DNA of 64,000 nt from a bacterium (GTDB lineage: Bacteria; Zhuqueibacterota; Zhuqueibacteria; Residuimicrobiales; Krinioviventaceae): NCBI GenBank assembly GCA_963675755.2, contig CAXXMD010000003.1, forward strand, positions 1,216,001-1,280,000, read 5' to 3'. This document shows positions 40,124 through 49,756 of the stretch, piece after piece (the stretch's first letter is position 1; each line of letters opens with the position of its first letter). Both the position numbers and the translations under genes were made by a program. The notes below the pieces were generated by a model. That model saw only the letters and a program-made list of their open reading frames with translations. It made no database searches and was not told the origin of the DNA.

Positions 40124-40161
40124 AAAAAAAAAAGGGCGAACAAGAAAATCTCATTCGCCCT
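40124..40161 (-). terminator. Intrinsic terminator after the first tonB
   Basis: Minus strand AGGGCGAATGAG...CTTGTTCGCCCT followed by a long T-run. Confidence 0.75.
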
Positions 40162-40183
40162 GAATATCAAATATATCGTTGGA

Positions 40184-40834
40184 TTATTTCAACCGGAATA
40201 CAACCGGGATACCAATCCAAACCTTAACCGGTTTATCACGTTGCTTTGCCGGTTTCCATTTTACTTTCTTGATAGCAGCAATAGCAGCTTCATCACAACC
40301 ATTATTTCCCAAAGACATGAGTACTTTGGTATTTACTACACTACCTTTTTCATCAATCAAACAGTTGATAACTACACGACCTTCAACACCTGCTTTACGA
40401 GCAATTTCCGGGTATACCAGATTTTTCTGGATAGCCGCAAATCCACCAATTGGCTGTGGAGGTTCATCATAAGCCACAAAGATTTCAGCAGAATCATCAA
40501 TATCTTCTTCTGGTGGTGGTGGTGGCGGTGGTAATTCATCGAGATTGATTTCAGTAGATTCGATGGTTTCATCAACATCAATGTCTTCATCTTCACTTTC
40601 TACAGGAATTGCAGGCCGTGAAGGTGCGGGAGGACGTTTTGTTTGCTCAGTTTGTGGAATTTCTTCAACCTTGATGGTCAAATCCACAACCTGTTGTGTG
40701 ACCTCTCCTTTATCAAATTTTTTCCAACCCTGGAACCCTAAAACCAGTAATGCCAGGGTTAAAACCATGCCCAGCTCAATATTCTTTTTATATTTAAAGC
40801 GCAGGCTGACTTCTGGTTTTTTTCTCAAGTTCAT
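40184..40834 (-). CDS. tonB: Energy transducer TonB (copy 1)
   Basis: TM, poly-Pro, YPEIARKAGVEGRV, WKPAKQR. Confidence 0.92.
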   Translation of the reverse strand: MNLRKKPEVSLRFKYKKNIELGMVLTLALLVLGFQGWKKFDKGEVTQQVVDLTIKVEEIPQTEQTKRPPAPSRPAIPVESEDEDIDVDETIESTEINLDELPPPPPPPEEDIDDSAEIFVAYDEPPQPIGGFAAIQKNLVYPEIARKAGVEGRVVINCLIDEKGSVVNTKVLMSLGNNGCDEAAIAAIKKVKWKPAKQRDKPVKVWIGIPVVFRLK

Positions 40835-40845
40835 ATAAAATCACC

Positions 40846-41268
40846 TCAATCTGCTGCAGTTTTTGCAGAATAGTTGACATTCAATGCTGCTTCACCAACT
40901 TCCCGCAACTCTTCGTGTATCTGGGTTACGCGCTCCATCTCAACCTGACTGTCAATCTTTAAAGATACAATCTTTAACGGGCTTGTTGGGTCAATAGCCT
41001 TTTGATAAACGATACTACGAATATCTGTGGGGTTTAAAAATTTATCATCTATTGTTAAATTGCCGGCACGATCAGCCCAAATTACGCCAACACCGCGTTT
41101 TCCCGGTAATTTTTCAATCTTTTTAGCATCCGGTAATATCACCTTCAAACCTTGTGATGATTTGATCACAGTACAAACCATGAAAAAAATCAGCAACATG
41201 AAAATGATATCAGGCATGGAAGCCGTAGAAATGCCGCTACCTGCTTTTGATTTTTTCTTAAAGTCCAA
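40846..41268 (-). CDS. exbD: Biopolymer transporter ExbD (copy 1b)
   Basis: SMPDIIFMLLIFFMV. Confidence 0.9.
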   Translation of the reverse strand: MDFKKKSKAGSGISTASMPDIIFMLLIFFMVCTVIKSSQGLKVILPDAKKIEKLPGKRGVGVIWADRAGNLTIDDKFLNPTDIRSIVYQKAIDPTSPLKIVSLKIDSQVEMERVTQIHEELREVGEAALNVNYSAKTAAD

Positions 41269-41316
41269 AGCATTTGCTCCAGTTTTATATAATTACATAT
41301 TTTTAACGCCCTAAAA

Positions 41317-41715
41317 TCAATCAGGTTCCGCAATTGAAATACGGATCGCTCCGGCGCGCTTTAGTTGATCAATAACGTCGATATAGGCTTCGTATTTTGT
41401 CTGTTTCAGTGTTTTTACTGAAAAAGCAATCTTGTCATTTTTCTGGATCATTTCACGTGCACGTGTAGAAATTTCAGGAATTGCTATACGCTCTTCATCA
41501 AGCATTACCTCACCGGAAGCATTGATCAGGATGTTGGCAAGGTTATCTTTATGCACTTCTTTGGTGTCTGAACCTTTTGGAGGCAGAACCAGAGTAATAC
41601 CTTTATCAGTATCAATTGTTGTTGTTACCAGAAAAAATATGAGCAGCAAAAATACGATATCTGCCATTGAGCCGGAATTAATTTCGGGTGACTCTTTTTC
41701 TTTCTTTTTTAACAT
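41317..41715 (-). CDS. exbD: Biopolymer transporter ExbD (copy 1a)
   Basis: SMADIVFLLLIFFLVTT. Confidence 0.9.
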   Translation of the reverse strand: MLKKKEKESPEINSGSMADIVFLLLIFFLVTTTIDTDKGITLVLPPKGSDTKEVHKDNLANILINASGEVMLDEERIAIPEISTRAREMIQKNDKIAFSVKTLKQTKYEAYIDVIDQLKRAGAIRISIAEPD

Positions 41716-41745
41716 AAGAATATACCTCTACATTGCCGGGTTAAA

Positions 41746-42363
41746 TTAGTTACCTTTTTCTTCAAGGGCAATCAAGGTGTCAACAAGTTCATTTGAGCTT
41801 TCTTCCATATCAATGATCAACTTGTCAATTCTTGAAACAAAATAGTTGTGAAGAATTTGAATAGTAACAGCTACAACCAAACCAAAAAGGGTTGTTAACA
41901 ACGCAACACCAATACCACCAGCAACGATAGTGGGTGAAATATCATTTGCAGCAGCAATATCTTCAAATGCTTTAATCATACCTTGTACTGTACCGGTAAA
42001 ACCCAACATCGGAGCAACACTAATAACAGTTGCCAACCATACCAAACCTTTTTCCAAAAATGCCATTTCAATGGATCCGGCGTTAGAAATTGCTTTTTCT
42101 ACATGTTCCAGACCACGACTTGAACGCATCAAACCAGCATGGAAAATAGATGCTACAGGACCACGTGTATTCTCACAAACTTCGATTGCGCCCTGAACGC
42201 CACCTTCACTCAAAGCTTCTTTAATTTTTGTAATAAATTTTCTTGTGTTAACACTTGCGCGTGTCAAGGTCCACAGTCTTTCCAAACTGATTGCTACACC
42301 AAAAACGAAAAGACCTAAAATGGGCCACATAAAGGCACCGCCATCATTAAACATTTCTACCAT
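41746..42363 (-). CDS. exbB: MotA/TolQ/ExbB proton channel protein
   Basis: GG.FMWPI, APMLGFTGTV.GMI.AF, GGI..ALLTT.FGL. Confidence 0.92.
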   Translation of the reverse strand: MVEMFNDGGAFMWPILGLFVFGVAISLERLWTLTRASVNTRKFITKIKEALSEGGVQGAIEVCENTRGPVASIFHAGLMRSSRGLEHVEKAISNAGSIEMAFLEKGLVWLATVISVAPMLGFTGTVQGMIKAFEDIAAANDISPTIVAGGIGVALLTTLFGLVVAVTIQILHNYFVSRIDKLIIDMEESSNELVDTLIALEEKGN

Positions 42364-42479
42364 TATTCAGACTCCTCCAAACAATTTTAATTAATGTGAA
42401 TTATTTCCAATAAACTCATTTTTTAACTTAGCATATTTTGCTTTAAAAGTCAATATATTTTTTGAACCGGTTTGATAGC

Positions 42480-44081
42480 TCAGAGCTTTTCAACCCAATT
42501 ATTCAACATTGCTATTTCTGTTGCCTTTGGGAAAAGCCCTACTGTTTGCGAAACCTCATTATCTGACTTTATTCTGATTCTATAAAAGTGTTCACTGTCC
42601 CAAAGATTCCTTGCAACTTCTGCTTTCATGAAATTTTTAATATAATCCAAATCCTTTTCCCAGGCTTTTTCATTATACTCTATTTCATGCTTTTCCATTA
42701 TTTTTTTCAAATCAGCCAGCATGTCGTCGTTTACAACAAAGTCCTGACGATATTTCTCAAATTCATTTTTCCAGCTTTTAAAATCCTGGCCATGTGAAGA
42801 TCCGTATTCAAAAAAGACTCGCTTACTTCTCAGTTGAAAAGTAAAACGGGTGATTTTATCAGAATCCAGATGTTCATCAGGTGTAATACCACCACCACCA
42901 TAAACAACACGACCGGACAAGGTCTTGAATTGCTTGGTAGAATCAATTTTGCTGGCACTGCTTGAATCATCATAAGCATCCGCATAATAATCCATCACGC
43001 CATCATCATATGGACGCTGAATCAATCTTCCACTGGGTGTATAATAACGCGCTACAGTTAAGCGTAATGCCGATCCATCCCGTAAAGGAATCTGGTTTTG
43101 CACAAGGCCTTTACCAAAGCTGGTTTCACCGACCACTAAACCACGATCAAGATCCTGAATAGCGCCTGCCACAATTTCAGATGCGCTTGCGGAGCCATGA
43201 TCAATCATCACAATCAGTGGATACAAACGGTGTGTGCCTTCATCGGTTGAATAAAAATCTGAACCGGTGTTTTTCAAACGACCGCGAGTATAAACAATCT
43301 TTTGACCACCGGGAACAAATTTATCAGCAACTTCAAAAGCCTGATCCAGAAAACCACCTGAATTTCCACGAAGGTCTAAAATCAACTGTTTCATACCCTG
43401 TTTTTCAAGCTTGTTCATTGCATCTTCAAGTTCCTGCGATGTGGTTTTCGCAAAACGTCCCAAATAAATGTATCCGGTCTCGTTGTCTTCAAGCATAAAC
43501 GATGCGGTTACACTGTATATTGGAATTTTGTCACGAATGATTGTAACATCAAAATTTTCAGATTGGCCAGGTCGGCGGATTGTTACATTTACTTTGCTGC
43601 CCTTGGGTCCACGCAACTTTTTCTGAACTTCATCTTCGGTAATGCCATAAGCGGATTTATCTTCAATCTTGATGATCTGATCACCAGGCAAAATACCCAC
43701 TTCTTCAGAGGGACCGCCAACAATAGGCGCGACTACTGTCAATATCTTGTTTAAAATTACAAATTCAATACCTATTCCCTCAAAAGCGCCTTCAAATTGT
43801 TCATTAACCCGTTCAAGACGTTTTTTGGGAATATATACAGAATGAGGATCCAATTCACTCAACATGCCTTCAATAGCACCGGTAATAATCTCCTCATTAT
43901 CTGGCTTTTCAACATAAAATTGATTTATATATGCAAAAACCTCATTAAACCGGACTAGCTGATCGCGTATGCCATCAGACGGATACACATCACGATTTCC
44001 AAACTGATTCAATACAACAATTGCCAAAGCTATTGCCAGAATAGTCCAGAGTGATCGTTTCATATTTTTCCCTTTTGCCAT
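42480..44081 (-). CDS. Carboxy-terminal processing protease (S41A)
   Basis: LDPHS, GIGI PDZ, LDLRGNSGG, SASASEI, FGKG.VQ. Confidence 0.93.
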   Translation of the reverse strand: MAKGKNMKRSLWTILAIALAIVVLNQFGNRDVYPSDGIRDQLVRFNEVFAYINQFYVEKPDNEEIITGAIEGMLSELDPHSVYIPKKRLERVNEQFEGAFEGIGIEFVILNKILTVVAPIVGGPSEEVGILPGDQIIKIEDKSAYGITEDEVQKKLRGPKGSKVNVTIRRPGQSENFDVTIIRDKIPIYSVTASFMLEDNETGYIYLGRFAKTTSQELEDAMNKLEKQGMKQLILDLRGNSGGFLDQAFEVADKFVPGGQKIVYTRGRLKNTGSDFYSTDEGTHRLYPLIVMIDHGSASASEIVAGAIQDLDRGLVVGETSFGKGLVQNQIPLRDGSALRLTVARYYTPSGRLIQRPYDDGVMDYYADAYDDSSSASKIDSTKQFKTLSGRVVYGGGGITPDEHLDSDKITRFTFQLRSKRVFFEYGSSHGQDFKSWKNEFEKYRQDFVVNDDMLADLKKIMEKHEIEYNEKAWEKDLDYIKNFMKAEVARNLWDSEHFYRIRIKSDNEVSQTVGLFPKATEIAMLNNWVEKL

Positions 44082-44117
44082 ATTATCGTCCTTTATTAAA
44101 CAAACCTCTTTGTCACA

Positions 44118-46271
44118 TTAAAGACTAGTAATAGTCTCTTTTATATTTACTTTCCATTGCTCGCCGGGTTCCAGATTAATTTTCCAATTTGGCAATATTA
44201 CCGAAGCCTGATACACCCTTTCAAAACCGGCTTCAGACATGGAAATAGTTTCTATAGGCAATCTCCAAAAATCCGCTTTCTTACTTACCTCAAAAGATGC
44301 CCTGACTTTTAACCATTCATCATAAAGAGAAATCTCTTTGATATCCTCTATAATGCCCTTGCTTGCCAACGTTGTATCATCAAGATCAACACCAGGTACT
44401 TTATAATAGCGATCCGGCGCATTTCCGGCCATTAATGCTGTTGCAAATTCAACACCGAACCATAGTGAAATCGCCTTATCACTGGTATTTTTTAGAGTAT
44501 AAGCCATATCTACCAGATCGCTCTTTGCTTTAACCGTTACCACTTTTTTAACCTGCAACGGCAAAAAGTCCCATCCTATCCATACGTTTCCGTCACGTAT
44601 AAACGTGATTTTCGCGCTATCTTTTTGCTTTGAGACTTTGACTTCATAGGGTTGATTTACAAAATCACCCTGTTCTCCGTACTGGGCTTTATTAAAACTA
44701 TCAAGCGATACCTGAGGATGTAGAAAATGGTCCATCATGGAAACTCGTCTATACCAATCATAATTCAGGTATTGATCAAGCCCTTCTTCCTTGGTCATGA
44801 CAATATCATGTATAGATGCTACGCTATCATCATCATGAGCGTTTTGATTGTTCTCCAGTTCATATAATTTTTTATGATAGGCTTCCTCACGTCGTGTCAT
44901 CGTATCGAGGAGGTTGAGGGCCTTGGGTTTAAAATCCAATTCTGTAAGGCTGGCACCGTTTTCAGGGGAAAAATTCAGAAAAAGACGATCGGTTTCTACC
45001 AGGCATTCATCAAATCCATCCGCATCAAAATCCTGCATTTTTACATCTACCCAGCCGGTTTTGAGCTCATCCTTGTGTTCAATTTTATCCATTTCCACAT
45101 CAGCCTGAACCAGATTGTTGTAAATAGCATAACGCAAATGTGGTAAATAGAGTCCGCCAAACACACCATGCCAATAGGGACAATTACACTGACCTGCGTA
45201 AACATGATCTCGGGCCTTTTCAATGGATTTCTCTGCTTTTAGACGATCAAAACGGTTGCTTGTAAACAGCATTCGCTTTTGCAGATTGTTAGATTCGGGG
45301 TACTTGGCAAGGAAATTACGCCAGAAACCGCCTTTAACAAAGTTCATATCTTCTTTAGAAACGGACTGGGATTCCAGCCATTCATGGAAATGCTCATATT
45401 TTGTAATAGCCTGTGTGGGCATTGCCCATTCCATCATTTCACGATATGATGCTGTAGGCAAATATACACGGCCCAATGGTTTCAACTGTTCAAGGGCTTC
45501 AGAAAATGTAATAATATTTAACCAATCCTGATTTTCTTCCAAAAGGGTAAAAAACCGGTCCAGCCAGCCATTAACATAACACTGTTCATATGTACCCGGC
45601 CAAACACCAAACTTTTCACCATCATCAGCAAATACAACCAGACGCTCACCATCTTCTGTAGCAAGTGATTTAAACACTTCAATAGTTTTTTCGGGCGGCT
45701 GAAATGGCATGGTATAACGGAGCTTTTCACAAATGGGGAATATTTTTAATGCCTGTCCCTGATGTTCTGTCACATAATAACCCAACAACTGGTCATCCTG
45801 TAAACCTACAGATTTAAAATGAGAATCATCTGCCAGGGTATATTGAATACCTGCCTGAGACAACGACGCAGGTAAATAAGGTTCCCAAACCCGCTCGGTC
45901 AACCAGATGCCCTTTGCGTCATAACCGGTTTCTTTTTTAACATATTTTGTCAATTTGTCAATTTGACCAACTATATCCCGTTCCGGAATACTGGTTAAAA
46001 TGGGTTCATAATACCCACCGGACATCATTTCAATCTGACCGGATTTAACACCCTTTTTCAGTTTTTCAATCAATTCCGGGTGATGTTGTTTCAGCCATTC
46101 AAGCAATATACCGCTATAGTGTTTAGTCATTCGTATACTGGGGTGCTTTTCCAACACATCATAAAAAGGTCTATATGATTGATCATATGCCTGTTCGAAA
46201 ACAAAATCAAAATTACCAATAGGTTGGTGATTATGGATCCCAAAAGCGACATTTAATTTTTTCATCGACAT
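44118..46271 (-). CDS. GH57 alpha-amylase/4-alpha-glucanotransferase
   Basis: HNHQP, WLTERVWEP (nucleophile), DDGEKFG (acid/base), QCNCPYWHGVFGGLY. Confidence 0.92.
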   Translation of the reverse strand: MSMKKLNVAFGIHNHQPIGNFDFVFEQAYDQSYRPFYDVLEKHPSIRMTKHYSGILLEWLKQHHPELIEKLKKGVKSGQIEMMSGGYYEPILTSIPERDIVGQIDKLTKYVKKETGYDAKGIWLTERVWEPYLPASLSQAGIQYTLADDSHFKSVGLQDDQLLGYYVTEHQGQALKIFPICEKLRYTMPFQPPEKTIEVFKSLATEDGERLVVFADDGEKFGVWPGTYEQCYVNGWLDRFFTLLEENQDWLNIITFSEALEQLKPLGRVYLPTASYREMMEWAMPTQAITKYEHFHEWLESQSVSKEDMNFVKGGFWRNFLAKYPESNNLQKRMLFTSNRFDRLKAEKSIEKARDHVYAGQCNCPYWHGVFGGLYLPHLRYAIYNNLVQADVEMDKIEHKDELKTGWVDVKMQDFDADGFDECLVETDRLFLNFSPENGASLTELDFKPKALNLLDTMTRREEAYHKKLYELENNQNAHDDDSVASIHDIVMTKEEGLDQYLNYDWYRRVSMMDHFLHPQVSLDSFNKAQYGEQGDFVNQPYEVKVSKQKDSAKITFIRDGNVWIGWDFLPLQVKKVVTVKAKSDLVDMAYTLKNTSDKAISLWFGVEFATALMAGNAPDRYYKVPGVDLDDTTLASKGIIEDIKEISLYDEWLKVRASFEVSKKADFWRLPIETISMSEAGFERVYQASVILPNWKINLEPGEQWKVNIKETITSL

Positions 46272-46350
46272 TCTGCATCCTTTATAATAATAGCATTCTT
46301 CCCTATATTTTAGGGCCAAGATTAACTTAATCTTAAATGTAAAAAAAAAT

Positions 46351-46380
46351 TTCCCCTAATGCCACTGAATTTAGGGGAAA
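46351..46380 (-). terminator. Intrinsic terminator after the PorV-like operon
   Basis: TTCCCCTAA...TTAGGGGAA flanked by A/T runs. Confidence 0.55.
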
Positions 46381-46413
46381 AAGATTTTTTTGCACAATTT
46401 TTAAAGAATTTTG

Positions 46414-47307
46414 TTAAAAACGGGCTGCAAGTGAGAACCGTTGAGCATTTCCGAGGTCGTTTTCATAAGGGACATAAGCATAATCGATAACAATAAAACC
46501 AAAATCCAATCCAAACCCTGCGGAAATAGATTTTTCTTCATATCCGGTTTGAAAACCGGTACGTAAAGTAATAACAGATAAAGGGTTGTACTCTAAACCT
46601 GCGTGAATGTGGCTGTCCTGATCAAAATATTGAACATAATCCAAAGCAGCAATCAAAGACTGAGAGCCGGGAAACATGGGCAAATGATAAGCAAAACCTG
46701 CCCGTAGGACCTTTGGCAATTCTACAGATTCAATAACCATCTCAGACATGGAACCCAGATTCTGCAAAGCTGCTGCTGCAAACAATTTGTCTGAAATCAA
46801 ACTGTATCTGGCACCCAGATCAAAAGCAAAACCACTGGAAGATTCCGTATAAATTTTTTCATATAAAAAGGCGGTACGAACACCCAATGACAGCTTGCTG
46901 CCAATCATCCTGGCATAGCTGAGAGAAAAGGAAACATCCTGGGTTGAAAATGTTCCCAAGGGCTCTTCAGAAGCAATGATACGGCGCTCAAAATCATCAA
47001 CGCTGTTGAGCATAATTCCCAAACCAATGACACCCTTTGAGGAAGGAAAAACAATGCCAGCCGAGTTGTGAGATATATCCTGCAGCCATTGATTATAAGT
47101 AAAACTTGCCTGACGTTTGTTCACCCAGGCAGTACCCGCGGGATTCCAAAACAATCCGGAAGCATCATCTGCCGTTGCAGTAAATGCTTCACCCATACCA
47201 CTTGCGCGAGCACTGACTCCAATTTTTAAAGCAGCCAATCCGGCTTCTCCGGCAGCAAACATTACAGCCGGAAGCAATATTACAAAAAGTAAAACTATCC
47301 TTTTCAT
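46414..47307 (-). CDS. PorV/PorQ-family outer-membrane beta-barrel
   Basis: L.IGVSARA.GMGEAF.A.ADDAS..FWNPAG; DYAY; C-terminal Phe; ATG 47307 gives a clean signal peptide. Confidence 0.85.
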   Translation of the reverse strand: MKRIVLLFVILLPAVMFAAGEAGLAALKIGVSARASGMGEAFTATADDASGLFWNPAGTAWVNKRQASFTYNQWLQDISHNSAGIVFPSSKGVIGLGIMLNSVDDFERRIIASEEPLGTFSTQDVSFSLSYARMIGSKLSLGVRTAFLYEKIYTESSSGFAFDLGARYSLISDKLFAAAALQNLGSMSEMVIESVELPKVLRAGFAYHLPMFPGSQSLIAALDYVQYFDQDSHIHAGLEYNPLSVITLRTGFQTGYEEKSISAGFGLDFGFIVIDYAYVPYENDLGNAQRFSLAARF

Positions 47308-47323
47308 TACCATCATCCACATT

Positions 47324-48295
47324 TTATAGATTGAATGACCATGTAAATATATGGTCCGTACCAATATCATAATCGTTTGATGCAAAAGCGTAATCGATCA
47401 TGGTTGTCTTATTAAACACCTGAAATACAAGTCCCATTCCAAAGGTCGGCATTCCATCGTCCATACCAACTCGCAGCGCCCCCAAACCGGCCCGCATCAA
47501 CTCGGCACCGAAATGGTAGCGGGGATTCTGTTCTTCACTGTCTTCCACTTCGGCAGTGACCATCAACCACTCCTGGGGAATACGATAAGCTACCGCAGCC
47601 CGGGTTACCTTTGGAAATACATTTGTGATACTTGTTCCGCGATCAAAAACATTATCCGTGTTCCAGGTATATTTACTCATATTGTCACGCAGTACCAATC
47701 CAAACGTCAAATTATGGATTGGTGAAAAATATGCTCCAACATCCATACCAAAACCAGTAGAAGTCAGGGCACCATCATCTATTTCCAATCCCGGCATTCT
47801 ATTATATAATACTTTGCCGCTAATACCTACAGAAAACTTTTTATGAGGACTGACAGCAAATGAAAGATAGAATGCGTGCTCGGCATTTGAATAATCCTGT
47901 GTATGGTTCCCGCTGCCATCCGTTCCATAAATATTATCAACGCCCGCATGTACCCATGCAAAAGATACACCCGCTTTGAGCGGATTCTTTCTTCCGTTGA
48001 TTGAAGGTGGATCCAAAGATTGCGCGTAACCCACATAATCCAGATTTCTGTCAAGAGACAAGAACGCATAAGAGGCTATCAGCTGTCTCTCTTTTAAATG
48101 CGGCAGCAAAGCAGGATTATAGAATCCGGCAATTGCACCTTCGGGAACCGCTGAATACGCATCACCCAGGGCTTTGGCGCGCGCGCCCATGCCCATTCGC
48201 AAAAAGGCACCAGCGTAACCACCGTCACCATTTTCAGCTAAAACAGTGCCTGACAAAAGTAATAAAATCAGGAACAATCCTAATGTATGCTTCAT
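47324..48295 (-). CDS. PorV/PorQ-family outer-membrane beta-barrel
   Basis: G.AGAFLRMGMGARA.ALG.A...YNPA.L; IDYAF; start taken at ATG 48295. Confidence 0.8.
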   Translation of the reverse strand: MKHTLGLFLILLLLSGTVLAENGDGGYAGAFLRMGMGARAKALGDAYSAVPEGAIAGFYNPALLPHLKERQLIASYAFLSLDRNLDYVGYAQSLDPPSINGRKNPLKAGVSFAWVHAGVDNIYGTDGSGNHTQDYSNAEHAFYLSFAVSPHKKFSVGISGKVLYNRMPGLEIDDGALTSTGFGMDVGAYFSPIHNLTFGLVLRDNMSKYTWNTDNVFDRGTSITNVFPKVTRAAVAYRIPQEWLMVTAEVEDSEEQNPRYHFGAELMRAGLGALRVGMDDGMPTFGMGLVFQVFNKTTMIDYAFASNDYDIGTDHIFTWSFNL

Positions 48296-48315
48296 ATTAA
48301 ACTCTTTTAATTTCA

Positions 48316-49752
48316 TCAGTTGACCACCATTATCTTTCCCCAAAAAGTGCCATCGTTTTCAATTTCAACGCTGTAAAAATAGACACCATTGGCAACAGGA
48401 TCACCATAATCATTTCGCCCTGTCCACATTTCACTATAGTCACCTTTATCCGCCACATATTTATTTTCAACAACTGTGGTTACCAGATCCATTGCAAAAT
48501 CAAAAATTCGGATAGTAACATTGCCAGCGGAGGTTGTATTATACTGTAAACGAACATGACCATCATTATCTAGCAAATTGTATCGTGTAGGAGAAAAGGG
48601 ATTGGGGTACGCATAAGTCCGTGGCACATCGCCTTTTCCTGAAGGAACATACGCCCGGTTGACATCCCAGGTATAGCCATTATCACTGGTACGGGCCAGG
48701 CCATCCGAAGTACCTACCCACAAAACACCATTGTCTGCATAGACGGAATAGATTTGCTCTGTAAACACCTTGTCTCCGGTGATGGTATCGGTAATATCCG
48801 GAAATTTATACCAGGTATCACCAAAGTCAGTTGACTTGTATAGTCCTTCACGGGTAGACACATAAACCGTTTCACCATCAAACGCAAAGTTGGTTGCCCA
48901 AATATCGAGCAGAGTGGTTTTCCATGTCAGACCGCCGTTTTCAGAAACAGATACGCCATATCTTTCATCCGAGCCTTCGGCTTTATTTGAACAAACCCAA
49001 ATGAGCTCCTTGCCATCTACTTTTTGCTGTGCAAGTGCAATGACCCAGTTGCCTGATATAGGCTGGTCCTGATTGGTTGCGTTATAGTTAACCCAATGAT
49101 CGCCACCATCAGTAGACTTGTTAACACCTTCGGCAGTACCAACCCACAACACACCATCGGCATTCAGCACAGAAAAAACCCGATGGTTTAAACGACCGCC
49201 CGGATTAAACACAAAAGAATCCGGAGTGGTAATCTCCCAGGATTCTCCAAAATTAGAACCCTTAACCAGACCACCGCCAAAACTTGCCAAAAAGATATTT
49301 CCATTATGCACGGCAATGTCATAACTCAAATTGTTTACCGGTGTATAATCCTCGGGAGGCTGCGGTAAGAGTTCCCAACTGTCTCCACCATCAACAGAGA
49401 TTGAAACACCTGTTCCATAATCTTCATAGCTATCCAGACTTTCGATCAATGTATCCCCTGCCGTGGCAACGATGATGGTATCACCACTCACCCACAATGC
49501 GGACACACTGTAACGTCCAATGCCCTGCGCGGGTCCAAAAGATTCAAACGTCTCACCATTATCTGTGGTTCGGCTCAAACCATAACCGGTACCCAACCAC
49601 AACGCATCAGATCCCGGCGCAATATCGGTAATGCCGTTACCTGCAAGGCCCTGGTCTGGTTCAGAATCCATTTTATATGTACCGGTCACTTTGGCAAAAG
49701 TATAACCCGCCAACATCAAAACCAATACAAAAACTATACTCTTTTTTGTCAT
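48316..49752 (-). CDS. Secreted beta-propeller (BNR/Asp-box) protein with C-terminal FlgD-type domain
   Basis: Repeated LW.GT..G...S.DGG..W; YAYPNPFSP; W.GRND.G..VANGVYFY. Confidence 0.8.
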   Translation of the reverse strand: MTKKSIVFVLVLMLAGYTFAKVTGTYKMDSEPDQGLAGNGITDIAPGSDALWLGTGYGLSRTTDNGETFESFGPAQGIGRYSVSALWVSGDTIIVATAGDTLIESLDSYEDYGTGVSISVDGGDSWELLPQPPEDYTPVNNLSYDIAVHNGNIFLASFGGGLVKGSNFGESWEITTPDSFVFNPGGRLNHRVFSVLNADGVLWVGTAEGVNKSTDGGDHWVNYNATNQDQPISGNWVIALAQQKVDGKELIWVCSNKAEGSDERYGVSVSENGGLTWKTTLLDIWATNFAFDGETVYVSTREGLYKSTDFGDTWYKFPDITDTITGDKVFTEQIYSVYADNGVLWVGTSDGLARTSDNGYTWDVNRAYVPSGKGDVPRTYAYPNPFSPTRYNLLDNDGHVRLQYNTTSAGNVTIRIFDFAMDLVTTVVENKYVADKGDYSEMWTGRNDYGDPVANGVYFYSVEIENDGTFWGKIMVVN

Positions 49753-49756
49753 ACCC

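Noticed and set aside
40511-40533. (GGT)n simple repeat as a contingency locus
   Set aside because: It encodes the TonB poly-proline linker; a triplet repeat does not shift the frame
38269-41715. Assembly artefact as the cause of the exbD/tonB duplication
   Set aside because: The copies differ at many synonymous and non-synonymous positions and have different spacers
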